Positions 17,933-27,089 of a stretch of 64,000 bases of DNA are shown here, piece by piece (position 1 is the stretch's first letter; each line of letters starts with the position of its first letter). The position numbers were made by a program, and so were the translations under genes. Origin of the DNA: Candidatus Thermofontivivens primus (GTDB lineage: Bacteria; Sysuimicrobiota; Sysuimicrobiia; Sysuimicrobiales; Thermofontiviventaceae); NCBI GenBank assembly GCA_031458695.1, contig JAVKJW010000005.1:51311-115310 (forward strand), written 5' to 3'. The notes below the pieces were generated by a model. That model did not search any database. It saw only the letters and a program-made list of their open reading frames with translations, and had not been told where the DNA came from.

Positions 17933-18820
17933 GGATGAAATGACAATAGCATCTAACCGAGTAGCGGCTTCACGGGCAGAAGGGTGGATAACGAACCCGA
18001 AGAGGACCACGATGAACTTTCCAGGAAGCTGCGGAGCTAATTGGGTAGCCTTGCGGACAGCTGCCTCCACGTCACGGCCATAGATTCGACTCTTTACCTC
18101 ACCCACCACGGCTACTACTTCACCATCCTGGGTTCCCTCCCCGTAGAAATCCACCTCCACCTCTTGGCCATCTACGGTGAAGAAATGACGATCCAACACA
18201 GGAACTTGAATCCCATAATGCTGGGCGAGGTAGGCGGGAGTCACCTCGCGAGCAAGGTCTTCGAGGGTAAAGCCTATGGTTTCGCTGAGGCGGAAAACTT
18301 GCTGTGAAAGGGTACGGACGGTCTCTTCTGTCCTCGCTTGTGCCTCAGCGAGCCTGGCAACGGCCTCTTCAAGGCGCCCTACACGTTCTTCAGTCCTCGC
18401 TTGTGCCTCAGCGAGCCTGGCAACGGCCTCTTCAAGGCGCCCTACACGTTCTTCAGTCCTCGCTTGTGCCTCAGCGAGCTTGGCAATGGCCTCTTCAAGG
18501 CGCCCTACACGTTCTTCAGTCCTCGCTTGTGCCTCAGCGAGCTTGGCAATGGCCTCTTCAAGGCGCCCTACACGCTCTTCAGTCCTTGCTTGTGCCTCAG
18601 CGAGCTTGGCAACGGCCTCTTCAAGGCGCCCTACACGCTCTTCAGTCCTTGCTTGTGCCTCAGCGAGTTCTCCCAGCCGAGTCTCTGTCCTAACTTGCGC
18701 CTCAGCGAGCCGATCGACGCGCTCGGCAAGCACTTGAAGGGTACCCTGCGTCTGTGCCTGAGCTTCGGCCAAGCGGGCAAGAGCAGATTCTAACCTGTCC
18801 ACGCGAGGATCGCGCAACAT
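17921..18820 (-). CDS. Coiled-coil repeat protein with C-terminal PD-(D/E)xK-like domain
   Basis: Repeated LAEAQARTEERVGRLEEA(V/I)A(K/R); C-terminal GFTLED...EVDFYG...VGEVKSR. Confidence 0.8.
   Translation of the reverse strand: MLRDPRVDRLESALARLAEAQAQTQGTLQVLAERVDRLAEAQVRTETRLGELAEAQARTEERVGRLEEAVAKLAEAQARTEERVGRLEEAIAKLAEAQARTEERVGRLEEAIAKLAEAQARTEERVGRLEEAVARLAEAQARTEERVGRLEEAVARLAEAQARTEETVRTLSQQVFRLSETIGFTLEDLAREVTPAYLAQHYGIQVPVLDRHFFTVDGQEVEVDFYGEGTQDGEVVAVVGEVKSRIYGRDVEAAVRKATQLAPQLPGKFIVVLFGFVIHPSAREAATRLDAIVISSSGR
18330..18668. repeat. 63-bp coding tandem repeat, about 5.4 copies
   Basis: Units start at 18330, 18393, 18456, 18519, 18582 and 18645; near-identical, no spacers. Confidence 0.95.
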
Positions 18821-18969
18821 ACGCCCTCATTCTCCGTTTGAAGCATATCGGCTTATTCCCTCTACGTCAAGGGTCGCACGACGCAGCTCGCGCTCGTCCG
18901 GTGAGCATGGATCCATTTCGGCTACCGGGGCGAAGCGGTAGCAGTGGGTAGAGTGAGGGATGAGGGGGG

Positions 18970-20256
18970 CTAACGAAGGTGACGGAAGACCTCTCGTGCA
19001 GCTTCTACTGTACGCTCGATCTCTTTCTCGCTGTGGGAAAGGGAGACAAACCAAGCCTCAAACTGGGAGGGTGGGATGTATACCCCTCTCTCCAGCATCC
19101 CCCAGAAGAAACGGCTGAACTGCTGCTTGTCGGAACGGTTCGCGTCATCGAAATTCTCAACAGGACCTTCTGTGAAGAACACGGTGAGCATAGATCCAAC
19201 TCTGTTCACGGTCACAGGAATCCCTGCTTCTCTTGCTGCTTCCCTTAATCCTTCCGCCAACCGCACCCCAAGCTTCTCCAGCCGGCCGTATGGGTCCGTG
19301 GTCCGGAGGATCCGCAACGTAGTCGCCCCGCATGCCATAGCCACGGGGTTCCCGGAGAGCGTTCCTGCTTGGTACACCGGACCGAGAGGGGCAACGAGCT
19401 TCATGATCTCTCGCGGTCCTCCAAAAGCGCCCACAGGGAATCCGCCACCAATAATTTTCCCCAGGCAAGTGAGGTCTGGAAGAACCCCGTACAAAGCTTG
19501 TGCGCCTCCATAGCTCACGCGAAATCCTGTAATCACTTCATCAAAGATGAGCAACGAACCCGAACCCTTGGTCAGCCTGCGTAACCCTTCAAGGAACCCA
19601 GGCTTTGGGGGAACTACTCCCATGTTCCCGGCGATGGGCTCGACGATGACAGCCGCGATGCGTTCGCCATATAGTTGGAAAGCCCGCTCCACAGCTTCGA
19701 GGTCGTTATAGGGAAGGGTCAAGGTCATCTCCGCAATTGCCTGGGGGATTCCGGGCCGCGTTGTGATTCCGAGGGTGGCGATCCCGGAGCCACCTTGGAC
19801 GATGAGCCCATCGGAATGCCCGTGGTAGCCCCCAGCGAATTTCACCACTAGATCTCTGTTGGTATACGCTCGGGCCAGCCGGACCGCGCTCATGACCGCT
19901 TCTGTCCCCGAGTTGACCATGCGCACCATTTCCACCGAGGGTACTCCTTCCACGATCAGTTGGGCAAGATCTACCTCCCATGGGGAAGGCGCTCCGAAGC
20001 TGCTCCCCAGCCGGAGAACCTGGGAGGCAACCTCCACCACCTCTGGGTGGGCGTGCCCAAGGATCAACGGTCCCCAGGAGCACACGTAGTCGATGAATCT
20101 GTTGCCATCCACGTCTATAAGATAGGCCCCTTCCCCCTTCGCAATGAAAAAGGGGGTCCCTCCGACAGCTTGGAATGCGCGTACAGGGCTGTTTACGCCT
20201 CCTGGGATCAAGTTGCAAGCCTGGGCATAGAGCTGTTGTGACCGATTCTGTATCAA
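18970..20256 (-). CDS. hemL: Glutamate-1-semialdehyde 2,1-aminomutase
   Basis: PGGVNSPVRAF, SWGPLILGH, NSGTEA, FDEVITGFR, GKIIGGG, YQAGTLSGNP. Confidence 0.97.
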   Translation of the reverse strand: MIQNRSQQLYAQACNLIPGGVNSPVRAFQAVGGTPFFIAKGEGAYLIDVDGNRFIDYVCSWGPLILGHAHPEVVEVASQVLRLGSSFGAPSPWEVDLAQLIVEGVPSVEMVRMVNSGTEAVMSAVRLARAYTNRDLVVKFAGGYHGHSDGLIVQGGSGIATLGITTRPGIPQAIAEMTLTLPYNDLEAVERAFQLYGERIAAVIVEPIAGNMGVVPPKPGFLEGLRRLTKGSGSLLIFDEVITGFRVSYGGAQALYGVLPDLTCLGKIIGGGFPVGAFGGPREIMKLVAPLGPVYQAGTLSGNPVAMACGATTLRILRTTDPYGRLEKLGVRLAEGLREAAREAGIPVTVNRVGSMLTVFFTEGPVENFDDANRSDKQQFSRFFWGMLERGVYIPPSQFEAWFVSLSHSEKEIERTVEAAREVFRHLR

Positions 20257-21464
20257 CTCTCCACACCTCCGCCGGCCAGGATTCTGGCGACATCTTCCTG
20301 GAAGGGGAAGCTCCCCGGCTCGTAGGCACAGAATGGATCCTCCGCAAGAGGATCAGCGCTGACTCCGAAGGCCCTGGACCTGGATCCTCCGCAGACTGTG
20401 CGGAACTCGCACCTCCCGCACCTGCCCCGCAGCTGATCTGGGTCCCGCAGCGATCGAAAGAGGGGAGAGCTCCTGTATAACTCTCCGAGCGGGGTCAGAC
20501 GGACGTTTCCAACTCCAAGAGGCAGAAATCCGCTCGGGAAGACCTCTCCGAGGTGGTTGATGAACACGAACCCCTTGCCGGCGTTAACGTCAAGGGGAGG
20601 ACGCCGCATCTTTCCTGGGATCTCCCCCGCCCCTGGGAGGTGCACGCGCTCCCGCAGCTTGCGGTACGTTGGCCCAAGGGGCAGGATCTCCTCGGGAGGG
20701 ATCCCCCGCTGTTCCAGGATGGTTCGCTGGACCACCACGCGTTTGTAGTGATGGCCCTCTGTGGTCTTCACCGGGAGAACCTTGGAGACATCGTAAAGAA
20801 AGTGCATGACATCTTCAAACTCCTGTGGGGTGAGCTGAGGAAGACCCTTTCCCCTCCCTGTGGGAACTAAGAAGAAGATGCTCCAGGTCATCACCCCCCT
20901 ACTCCGGACCAGCTCGAAGATGTTGGGGAGGTCATCGAGGTTGTGAGGGGTAACGGTGGTGTTGATCTGCACCTTCAGCCCACAGGATCTCGCCGCATCC
21001 CAGCCCCGCAGGGTCCAATGATAGACCCCATCCACCCTGCGGAAACCATCGTGAATTGCGGGAGTAGATCCGTCGACGCTGAAGGAAATGGCCACGGCTC
21101 CTGCCTCCCTTAGCCTGCGGATGTTCTCCGGCGTCAGCGTTGGAGTTCCCGAGGGTGATACGGAGACAGGAAGCCCCTTCTCCGCTCCGTACCGGACGAG
21201 GTCAAACAGATCCTCCCGCTTGAAGGGATCTCCCCCTGTCAGGATGAACAGGGGCGGAGGAGGGATGAACTCAGCGACCTGATCGATGAGCCTGTATCCC
21301 TCCTCTGTGGTCAGCTCCCCTTCCTCTCGTTCTGGGATTGCAGAGGCTCGGCAGTGGACACAGGCGAGATCACATGCCCGCGTAACCTCCCAGATCACCA
21401 GAAACGGGCGCTGATTCAGATCGTAGGTAGGATGTCGAATTGTCTTTACCCGTGAGGTGTTCAT
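20253..21464 (-). CDS. Radical SAM/SPASM protein, NirJ/AhbD-related, embedded in the heme operon
   Basis: IWEVTRACDLACVHCRA, LTGGDP, FFLVPTGRG, C-terminal CGRCEFRTVCGGSRSRA...DPFC. Confidence 0.85.
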   Translation of the reverse strand: MNTSRVKTIRHPTYDLNQRPFLVIWEVTRACDLACVHCRASAIPEREEGELTTEEGYRLIDQVAEFIPPPPLFILTGGDPFKREDLFDLVRYGAEKGLPVSVSPSGTPTLTPENIRRLREAGAVAISFSVDGSTPAIHDGFRRVDGVYHWTLRGWDAARSCGLKVQINTTVTPHNLDDLPNIFELVRSRGVMTWSIFFLVPTGRGKGLPQLTPQEFEDVMHFLYDVSKVLPVKTTEGHHYKRVVVQRTILEQRGIPPEEILPLGPTYRKLRERVHLPGAGEIPGKMRRPPLDVNAGKGFVFINHLGEVFPSGFLPLGVGNVRLTPLGELYRSSPLFRSLRDPDQLRGRCGRCEFRTVCGGSRSRAFGVSADPLAEDPFCAYEPGSFPFQEDVARILAGGGVES

Positions 21465-21467
21465 CCT

Positions 21468-22451
21468 TCAACTCCTTTCCCTGAGCCAATGTGCCGCATC
21501 CTTGGCGAAGTACGTGAGGATCACGTCTGCACCTGCACGCTTGATCGCCGTAAGGATCTCCACGACTGTGGCTCGCTCATCCAACCACCCTTGTTGGGCC
21601 GCTGCCTTGACCATGGCGTACTCCCCACTCACGTTGTAGGCAGCGGTTGGCATGCGAAACAGCTCTTTGATCTTCGCTAGGATATCCAAATTGGGAAGGG
21701 CAGGCTTGACCATGACCATATCTGCCCCTTCCTCGATGTCCAGGGAGACTTCCCGGATCGCTTCTTCGCGGTTTGCGATGTCCATCTGGTAAGAGCGCCT
21801 GTCGCCAAACTTCGGTGCGGATTCGGCTGCCTCCCGGAAGGGTCCGTACAGGGAGGAAGCGTATTTGGCTGCGTAGGCCAGGATGGCGATGTCTTGGTAT
21901 CCTGCCCCATCCAGGGCCTCGCGGATCGCCCGGACTTGGCCATCCATCATCCCCGAAGGGGCGATGATGTCTGCTCCGGCTGCAGCTTGGCTGATGGCGA
22001 TTTCGCGATATCGGTCAAGCGTCCGATCATTGTCCACAGTCCCGTTGCGGACGATCCCACAGTGGCCGTGCGAAGTATACTCGCACATGCACAGGTCAGT
22101 GATCAGGAGAAGCCTCTCACCGAACTCCTCCCGGATCCGCCGGAGCGCCCGTTGGATGATCCCGTTGGGGTCACTCGCGCCACTCCCTTCAGGGTCCTTC
22201 CGAGCGGGGATGCCAAAGAGGATCACAGCCGGGACACCGACCTCCACGAGTTCCTCGCACTCCCGCACCAAGCTGTCCAGGGTGTGTTGGTACTGACCGG
22301 GCATCGAGGCAATGGGTTCCGGTGCGGCGATCCCCTCCTTCACGAACAGGGGAGCGACGAGGTCGAACACCTCGAGCCTCGTCTCCTGGACCATCCTCCG
22401 GAGAAGAGGGTTGCGGCGCAACCTCCGCATCCTGACGACAGGAAAGCTCAT
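21468..22451 (-). CDS. hemB: Porphobilinogen synthase (ALA dehydratase)
   Basis: RMRRLR, DLCMCEYTSHGHCG, APSGMMDG, YGPFREAA, MVKPA, YNVSGEY. Confidence 0.97.
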   Translation of the reverse strand: MSFPVVRMRRLRRNPLLRRMVQETRLEVFDLVAPLFVKEGIAAPEPIASMPGQYQHTLDSLVRECEELVEVGVPAVILFGIPARKDPEGSGASDPNGIIQRALRRIREEFGERLLLITDLCMCEYTSHGHCGIVRNGTVDNDRTLDRYREIAISQAAAGADIIAPSGMMDGQVRAIREALDGAGYQDIAILAYAAKYASSLYGPFREAAESAPKFGDRRSYQMDIANREEAIREVSLDIEEGADMVMVKPALPNLDILAKIKELFRMPTAAYNVSGEYAMVKAAAQQGWLDERATVVEILTAIKRAGADVILTYFAKDAAHWLRERS

Positions 22452-23263
22452 CTTCCTCCCTCCCCTTTCTTCCAACCCAGGTTCCCAACCAGGGCCCGTA
22501 CGAGCCCCTCGCTCGTATACTCTTGGGCTACAGCGTCCACCCGGATCCCCAGGTTCCTTGCCGCCTCTGCAGTCACAGGGCCAATGCACGCCACAAAGAC
22601 ACGGGAGAGGGCGTCGATGCCGCCCTCACCCACCATCACTAGGAAGTTCCGAACGGTGGAGGGGCTGGTGAATGTGATGGCGTTCACCACTCCCTTGTTC
22701 AGCAACTCCCGGATTGCCTCCCCGTTCTCCATATCAGGGACGGTTCGATACGCAGGGACGACGTCCACCTTGGCGCCGAGCTTCTCTAGCTCCCTCGGGA
22801 GGAGATCCCTCGCCTCCTCCGCCCTTGGCAAGAGGATCCGTTTCCCGCGGAGATCGTAGTTGGAGAAAGCCTCCACGAGCCCTTCCGCTCGATACTCTTT
22901 TGGGGATAGAGTGACCCGGATTCCCTGCTCCTCCAGGGCTTCCCGGGTTGCAGGGCCGATGGCCGCAATCTCCATTGCGAGAAGCTCCCTCGGATCCCTG
23001 TGGAGGGCTTTCATCCGTTCCAAGACAGCCCTAACTCCGTTCGCGCTGGTAAACACAACCCATTGATAGGAGGAAAGGTTCGCTAGCGCGTGGTCCAGCC
23101 GCTCGTAGCTCTGGGGTGGGATGATCCGGATGGTGGGGTAGAGCAAGCATTCCGCCCCCAGCTCCTCAAGGGAATGGACCAGGTCCTTCGCCTGCTCCCG
23201 AGGCCGTGTCACGAGGATCCTCCAGCCGGAAAGAGGCTTGTGCAAGGTCTCACCCCCGCCCAT
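22448..23263 (-). CDS. hemD: Uroporphyrinogen-III synthase
   Basis: ILVTRP, FTSANGV, AIGPAT, FTSPSTV, CIGPVTA. Confidence 0.94.
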   Translation of the reverse strand: MGGGETLHKPLSGWRILVTRPREQAKDLVHSLEELGAECLLYPTIRIIPPQSYERLDHALANLSSYQWVVFTSANGVRAVLERMKALHRDPRELLAMEIAAIGPATREALEEQGIRVTLSPKEYRAEGLVEAFSNYDLRGKRILLPRAEEARDLLPRELEKLGAKVDVVPAYRTVPDMENGEAIRELLNKGVVNAITFTSPSTVRNFLVMVGEGGIDALSRVFVACIGPVTAEAARNLGIRVDAVAQEYTSEGLVRALVGNLGWKKGEGGR

Positions 23264-24161
23264 CCCTTTGGAGAACGGCCTCCGTAAATATCTCGGGGCT
23301 CTCTGCGCTCAGCTGCTCTCGCAGTAGCCAAGCAGCCTCTTCCGGAGAAGCGGCGCGCACGCTTCCTCGCAGAATCCGACCGGCACGGGTCCCGACCATC
23401 CCGGAGAGGGAGATCCCGTCCTCCTCCACGGTGGCATAGGCGCCAACGGGGATCCGGCACCCTCCCCCGAGCACGCGGAGGAACTCCCTCTCTGCTTGGA
23501 CTGCCTTTCTGGTCGGGAGATGATCGAGGGCACTGACAAGATCAAGAATGGGCTTGTCATCTGCCCTTACCTCGACCGCGAGCGCTCCCTGTCCTGGCGC
23601 TGGCAACATGATCTCGAGAGGGAGCACCTCTGTGATCTCTTGGGCCCGACCTAGCCTGTGCAGCCCTGCACTCGCGAGGACGATCGCCTCACAATCCCCC
23701 TGGGAGAGCTTCCTGAGACGGGTGTCAACGTTCCCCCGGATCCCCAGGATGGTCAAATCCGGACGGAAGGCCAGAAGCTGGACTGCGCGGCGTTCGCTGG
23801 TTGTCCCAATCCGGGCCCCTTCAGGAAGGGTCGCAAGCGTGTGGCCTTCCCTGGAGATGAGCGCATCTCGGGGATCTCCCCGAGGAGGGATTGCCCCGAT
23901 CACCAACCCTGGGGGTTGTTCTGTGGGGAGGTCCTTGAGGCTGTGGACTGCGATGTCGATCTTCCCAGCCAGGAGCGCCTCCTCGAGCTCTCGGGTGAAG
24001 GCACCAGGCCATGCATCGACCCTTCCCCGGTCTCCGGAGGTTGTGATGATAACCTCTTCAAAGGAAGCATCTGGCCGGGCTCTGGAGAGCTGTTCTATGA
24101 CCCAGCGGGTCTGGGCTCGAGCAAGGGCGCTCCCCCGGGTGCCCACGCGTACCCTATGCAT
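23250..24161 (-). CDS. hemC: Hydroxymethylbilane synthase
   Basis: GTRGSALA..Q, AVHSLKDLP, RGNVDTRL, PAPGQGAL, GGGCRIP. Confidence 0.97.
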   Translation of the reverse strand: MHRVRVGTRGSALARAQTRWVIEQLSRARPDASFEEVIITTSGDRGRVDAWPGAFTRELEEALLAGKIDIAVHSLKDLPTEQPPGLVIGAIPPRGDPRDALISREGHTLATLPEGARIGTTSERRAVQLLAFRPDLTILGIRGNVDTRLRKLSQGDCEAIVLASAGLHRLGRAQEITEVLPLEIMLPAPGQGALAVEVRADDKPILDLVSALDHLPTRKAVQAEREFLRVLGGGCRIPVGAYATVEEDGISLSGMVGTRAGRILRGSVRAASPEEAAWLLREQLSAESPEIFTEAVLQRDGRG

Positions 24162-25521
24162 GAGGGTTTACCTCCTGAAACCCGGATCTCGTCCTCGGGT
24201 CCTGGTCCCCAAGATCGCGCGCCTGAGACCTCAAATCCAATGTCTGAAGCCTACTTTCCGCCGCCCCGTCCAACCCGAACATCTCCCTGACCGCCTCAAG
24301 GGAGGCAGTTTCACCGTACGCCACCTTCCGCTTCAAGGAGACGACAGGGAGGTGGAGGAGTTTCTTGACCAAGGCGGAAGTCATGGCTTCCACGATTTCC
24401 CTCTCCCGTTCTGTGAGGTGCCCAAGTCGACGTATTGCTTTTCGCACCTCCGCAGCACGGATCATCTCGGCGCGAGCGTAGAGCTCCGCGATCGTTGGGG
24501 CAACTTGGCGCGTTCGGAGCCAGCGGGCGAACTTCTCCACCTCCTCGGCGATGATCCTCTCCGCCCTTGGTACTTCCTCCATGTTCTCGCGAATCCGCTC
24601 GTTGACAATCTCCTGGAGTCCCTCCAGATCGTAGAGGTAGACGTTAGGGAGAGTTCGTACCCGCGGGTCGATATCCCGGGGGACAGCGATATCGATGAGG
24701 AGGAGGGGATGCGTGCGGCACTTCGCAGCTTCCTCCATCAGTTCCAGGGAGATGACAGGATGTGGAGCTGCTGTTGAGCTGATGACGATATCGACTTCCT
24801 TGAGGGCGTCCGGGAGATCCTGGTATGTGATCGCTTGCCCCCCGTATCGTTGAGCGACCACGGATGCCCTCTCAGGGGTGCGGCTCACCACGAGGATTCT
24901 TCCCGTCCCATGCCTGCGAAGAGCTTGGAGGACCAGCTCGCTCGCCGCTCCCGTCCCGATGACCAGGATCACGCGACCGCGGAGGTCCCCGAAGAGCTTG
25001 CGGGCGAGCTCGACAGCGACGGAGCTAATAGATCTCCCATGGCCACCAATTCGAGTCTCCTTCCGCACCCGCGCCCCCACCCGGATGGCCTGGCGGAACA
25101 GAGCAGAAAGGTATGCCCTGGCTGTGCCTACAGCTGACGCTTGTTTCAACGCATCGCGGACCTGTCCAAGAACTTGGCCTTCCCCCACCACCATGGAGTC
25201 AAGGCCTGAGGCAACGGTGAACAAGTGCTTCGCAGCATCAAGGTCTTGGAGCTGGAACAGGTATTCCTCCAGAACCTCGAGCGGGACGTCTCGAGATCCC
25301 CCGAGGAACCTCATGATCGAGGAAACGCCCGTGGAGACGTCAGGGGTAGCTACGTAGACCTCCGTGCGGTGGCATGTGGTGAGGAGGACCGCCTCCTTGA
25401 TGCCTTCCAGCTGGCAGAGCTCAAGTAAAGCCCCAGTGATCGAGCCGGGCGCGAACGTGAATCGTTCTAGAATCTCAAGAGGTGCGGACCGATGACTCAC
25501 GCCGACGGCGACGATCTCCAT
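24154..25521 (-). CDS. hemA: Glutamyl-tRNA reductase
   Basis: GVSHRSAP, TCHRTE, SGLDSMVVGEGQVLGQV, DIAVPRDI; RBS GGAGAGG before ATG at 25521. Confidence 0.96.
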   Translation of the reverse strand: MEIVAVGVSHRSAPLEILERFTFAPGSITGALLELCQLEGIKEAVLLTTCHRTEVYVATPDVSTGVSSIMRFLGGSRDVPLEVLEEYLFQLQDLDAAKHLFTVASGLDSMVVGEGQVLGQVRDALKQASAVGTARAYLSALFRQAIRVGARVRKETRIGGHGRSISSVAVELARKLFGDLRGRVILVIGTGAASELVLQALRRHGTGRILVVSRTPERASVVAQRYGGQAITYQDLPDALKEVDIVISSTAAPHPVISLELMEEAAKCRTHPLLLIDIAVPRDIDPRVRTLPNVYLYDLEGLQEIVNERIRENMEEVPRAERIIAEEVEKFARWLRTRQVAPTIAELYARAEMIRAAEVRKAIRRLGHLTEREREIVEAMTSALVKKLLHLPVVSLKRKVAYGETASLEAVREMFGLDGAAESRLQTLDLRSQARDLGDQDPRTRSGFQEVNPHA

Positions 25522-25525
25522 GCCT

Positions 25526-26197
25526 TCACCCTCTCCTCCCCTCCTCGTATCCTTCCATGAGGACGACGAGGATCCGGTCCATGAACCGGTCAAGCCGGCG
25601 TAGCCATTGGACCCGATTCTCAGGGTGAATCTCTTTTCGCTTGGTCACGACCTCGGTCATAAGCCGCTTGATAAACAGGAAACTTTCTGCGGCCTCCTGG
25701 GCCAACAGGTTCTTCTTCCCAGCGAGCAACCCTATACCCCGCCCGGCAACCATCCCTTCCTCCAAGTAGTGTTGCTGCTGTGGACCACCTCGCAGGTACT
25801 TCAGCAATGCACGCAGGAGTTGCCGTCCAAGGACCCGCATTTGGTGCTTGGCTTCCTCATCGAAGGCTTCGTACCATCTGCGAGTCATGTACCACTCCCG
25901 GACAGGCTGCACCACAAGATGATTGCCGGTCCGTTCAATCTCCTCCACGATCGAACCGACGCGGTGCTGCGGGTGCGGCTGCGTGAGCAACGCCTCGATT
26001 TGCTGGCGGGAAAACCGCCGGTGCCCCCCGGGGGTTCGAAAAACTTGGATTTTGCCAGTATCGGCCCACTGGCGTAGGGTGCTAGGATCCACTCCAAGGA
26101 GGAGACTGGCCTGACCCAGGGTCAGCCACTCCGATTGCCCAGCATACTTGCCCCGTTTTCCAACAGTTTCGTTCAAAGGAGCCGCCCCCGCTTTCAA
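25526..26197 (-). CDS. Excisionase/MerR-like HTH regulator with helical C-terminal domain (start uncertain)
   Basis: WLTLGQASLLLGVDPSTLRQWADTGKI..FRTPGGHRRF; first gene of the hem operon. Confidence 0.85.
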   Translation of the reverse strand: MKAGAAPLNETVGKRGKYAGQSEWLTLGQASLLLGVDPSTLRQWADTGKIQVFRTPGGHRRFSRQQIEALLTQPHPQHRVGSIVEEIERTGNHLVVQPVREWYMTRRWYEAFDEEAKHQMRVLGRQLLRALLKYLRGGPQQQHYLEEGMVAGRGIGLLAGKKNLLAQEAAESFLFIKRLMTEVVTKRKEIHPENRVQWLRRLDRFMDRILVVLMEGYEEGRRG

Positions 26198-26220
26198 TAG
26201 CTATAGGGCATATACTGGGA

Positions 26221-26300
26221 AAATCTATAAAATCCTCCTTGAAACTATGGAAATCTCCAAAAGTGATACCACCTCTAAAATAACTACGATCTTGCTCCAA
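26221..26300. promoter_or_regulatory. 10-bp-phased degenerate direct-repeat array (candidate operator)
   Basis: Consecutive blocks aaatCTataa/aatcCTcctt/gaaaCTatgg/aaatCTccaa/.../acctCTaaaa/.../cttgCTccaa in an AT-rich upstream region. Confidence 0.45.
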
Positions 26301-26364
26301 GAGAATCGGGCCACGGACTGATTTGCTGTCAGGTCACAGGAGGATGTTGAGGAGCCTTCTCGAA

Positions 26365-26560
26365 TTTGGAAGAACCTCCCCCCACCCTGCTCCCTTGCCT
26401 GCGCCAGCCCAATCGCCGTGTTCAGGACAAGGAGGTTGGTCGGGTGCATCATCGTAATCCTGAAACAGCCTGTGAACGTAACTATTCCCGGGAACAGGAG
26501 GAAAGTCGCGTTGATCGCGAGAATTTTGGAGCTTATCTTGTGGTTTGGAAACCACTGCAT
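26365..26560 (-). pseudogene. Methyl-accepting chemotaxis protein remnant
   Basis: MQWFPNHKISSKIL... (MCP-like N-terminus) joined to PTNLLVLNTAIGLAQAREQGGGRF, a degenerate [23 protein letters not shown]. Confidence 0.65.
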
Positions 26561-26747
26561 CCCTATACCTGTGGAAAAAGGATAGCGGCGCGCTTGTAGG
26601 GTCCTTGGCTTTCTGGCGATCCCCGGCTTGGGAGGCCTTTTGTGCTGGAGGATATAATGGTAATCTCAGAAAGGTCCAGGCACAGTGAAAGACTCCCGCA
26701 GGGTATGGAACGAATCGTGCCTAGAAGGTCTCTATGGGAGGGTTCTT

Positions 26748-27089
26748 ATGCGCGTTGAGTTCCTGTACTGGGAGGAGTGTCCTTCGCACGAGGAGGCGCT
26801 CGCCCGCCTGAAGGCCGTCCTGGCAGAGGAAGGGTGCGAGGCTACCGTGGAGGTCATCCGTGTGGAGACCGAAGAACAAGCAGAGGCGCTACGGTTTCCG
26901 GGTTCTCCCACCATCCGGTTCGATGGAAAGGACATCGTCCCTGTGCCTGAAGGGACGCGTTTTTCTCTCACCTGCCGTGTCTACCACCTCGAGGATGGCA
27001 GGGTATCCCCGCTTCCCTCCAAGGAAATGATCCGCAGGGCCTTCAAGGAGGCCCTCGCATCAAAAACAACCGAAAGGAGGTCTCTGTAA
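26748..27089 (+). CDS. Small thioredoxin-fold protein (DUF2703 / DF-family-like)
   Basis: VEFLYWEECPS, FPGSPTIRFDGKD, CRVY; translationally coupled to the next gene. Confidence 0.75.
   Translation: MRVEFLYWEECPSHEEALARLKAVLAEEGCEATVEVIRVETEEQAEALRFPGSPTIRFDGKDIVPVPEGTRFSLTCRVYHLEDGRVSPLPSKEMIRRAFKEALASKTTERRSL

Noticed and set aside
18330..18668. Possible CRISPR array
   Set aside because: Contiguous 63-bp units without unique spacers, in frame within a coiled-coil protein; no cas genes in the window.
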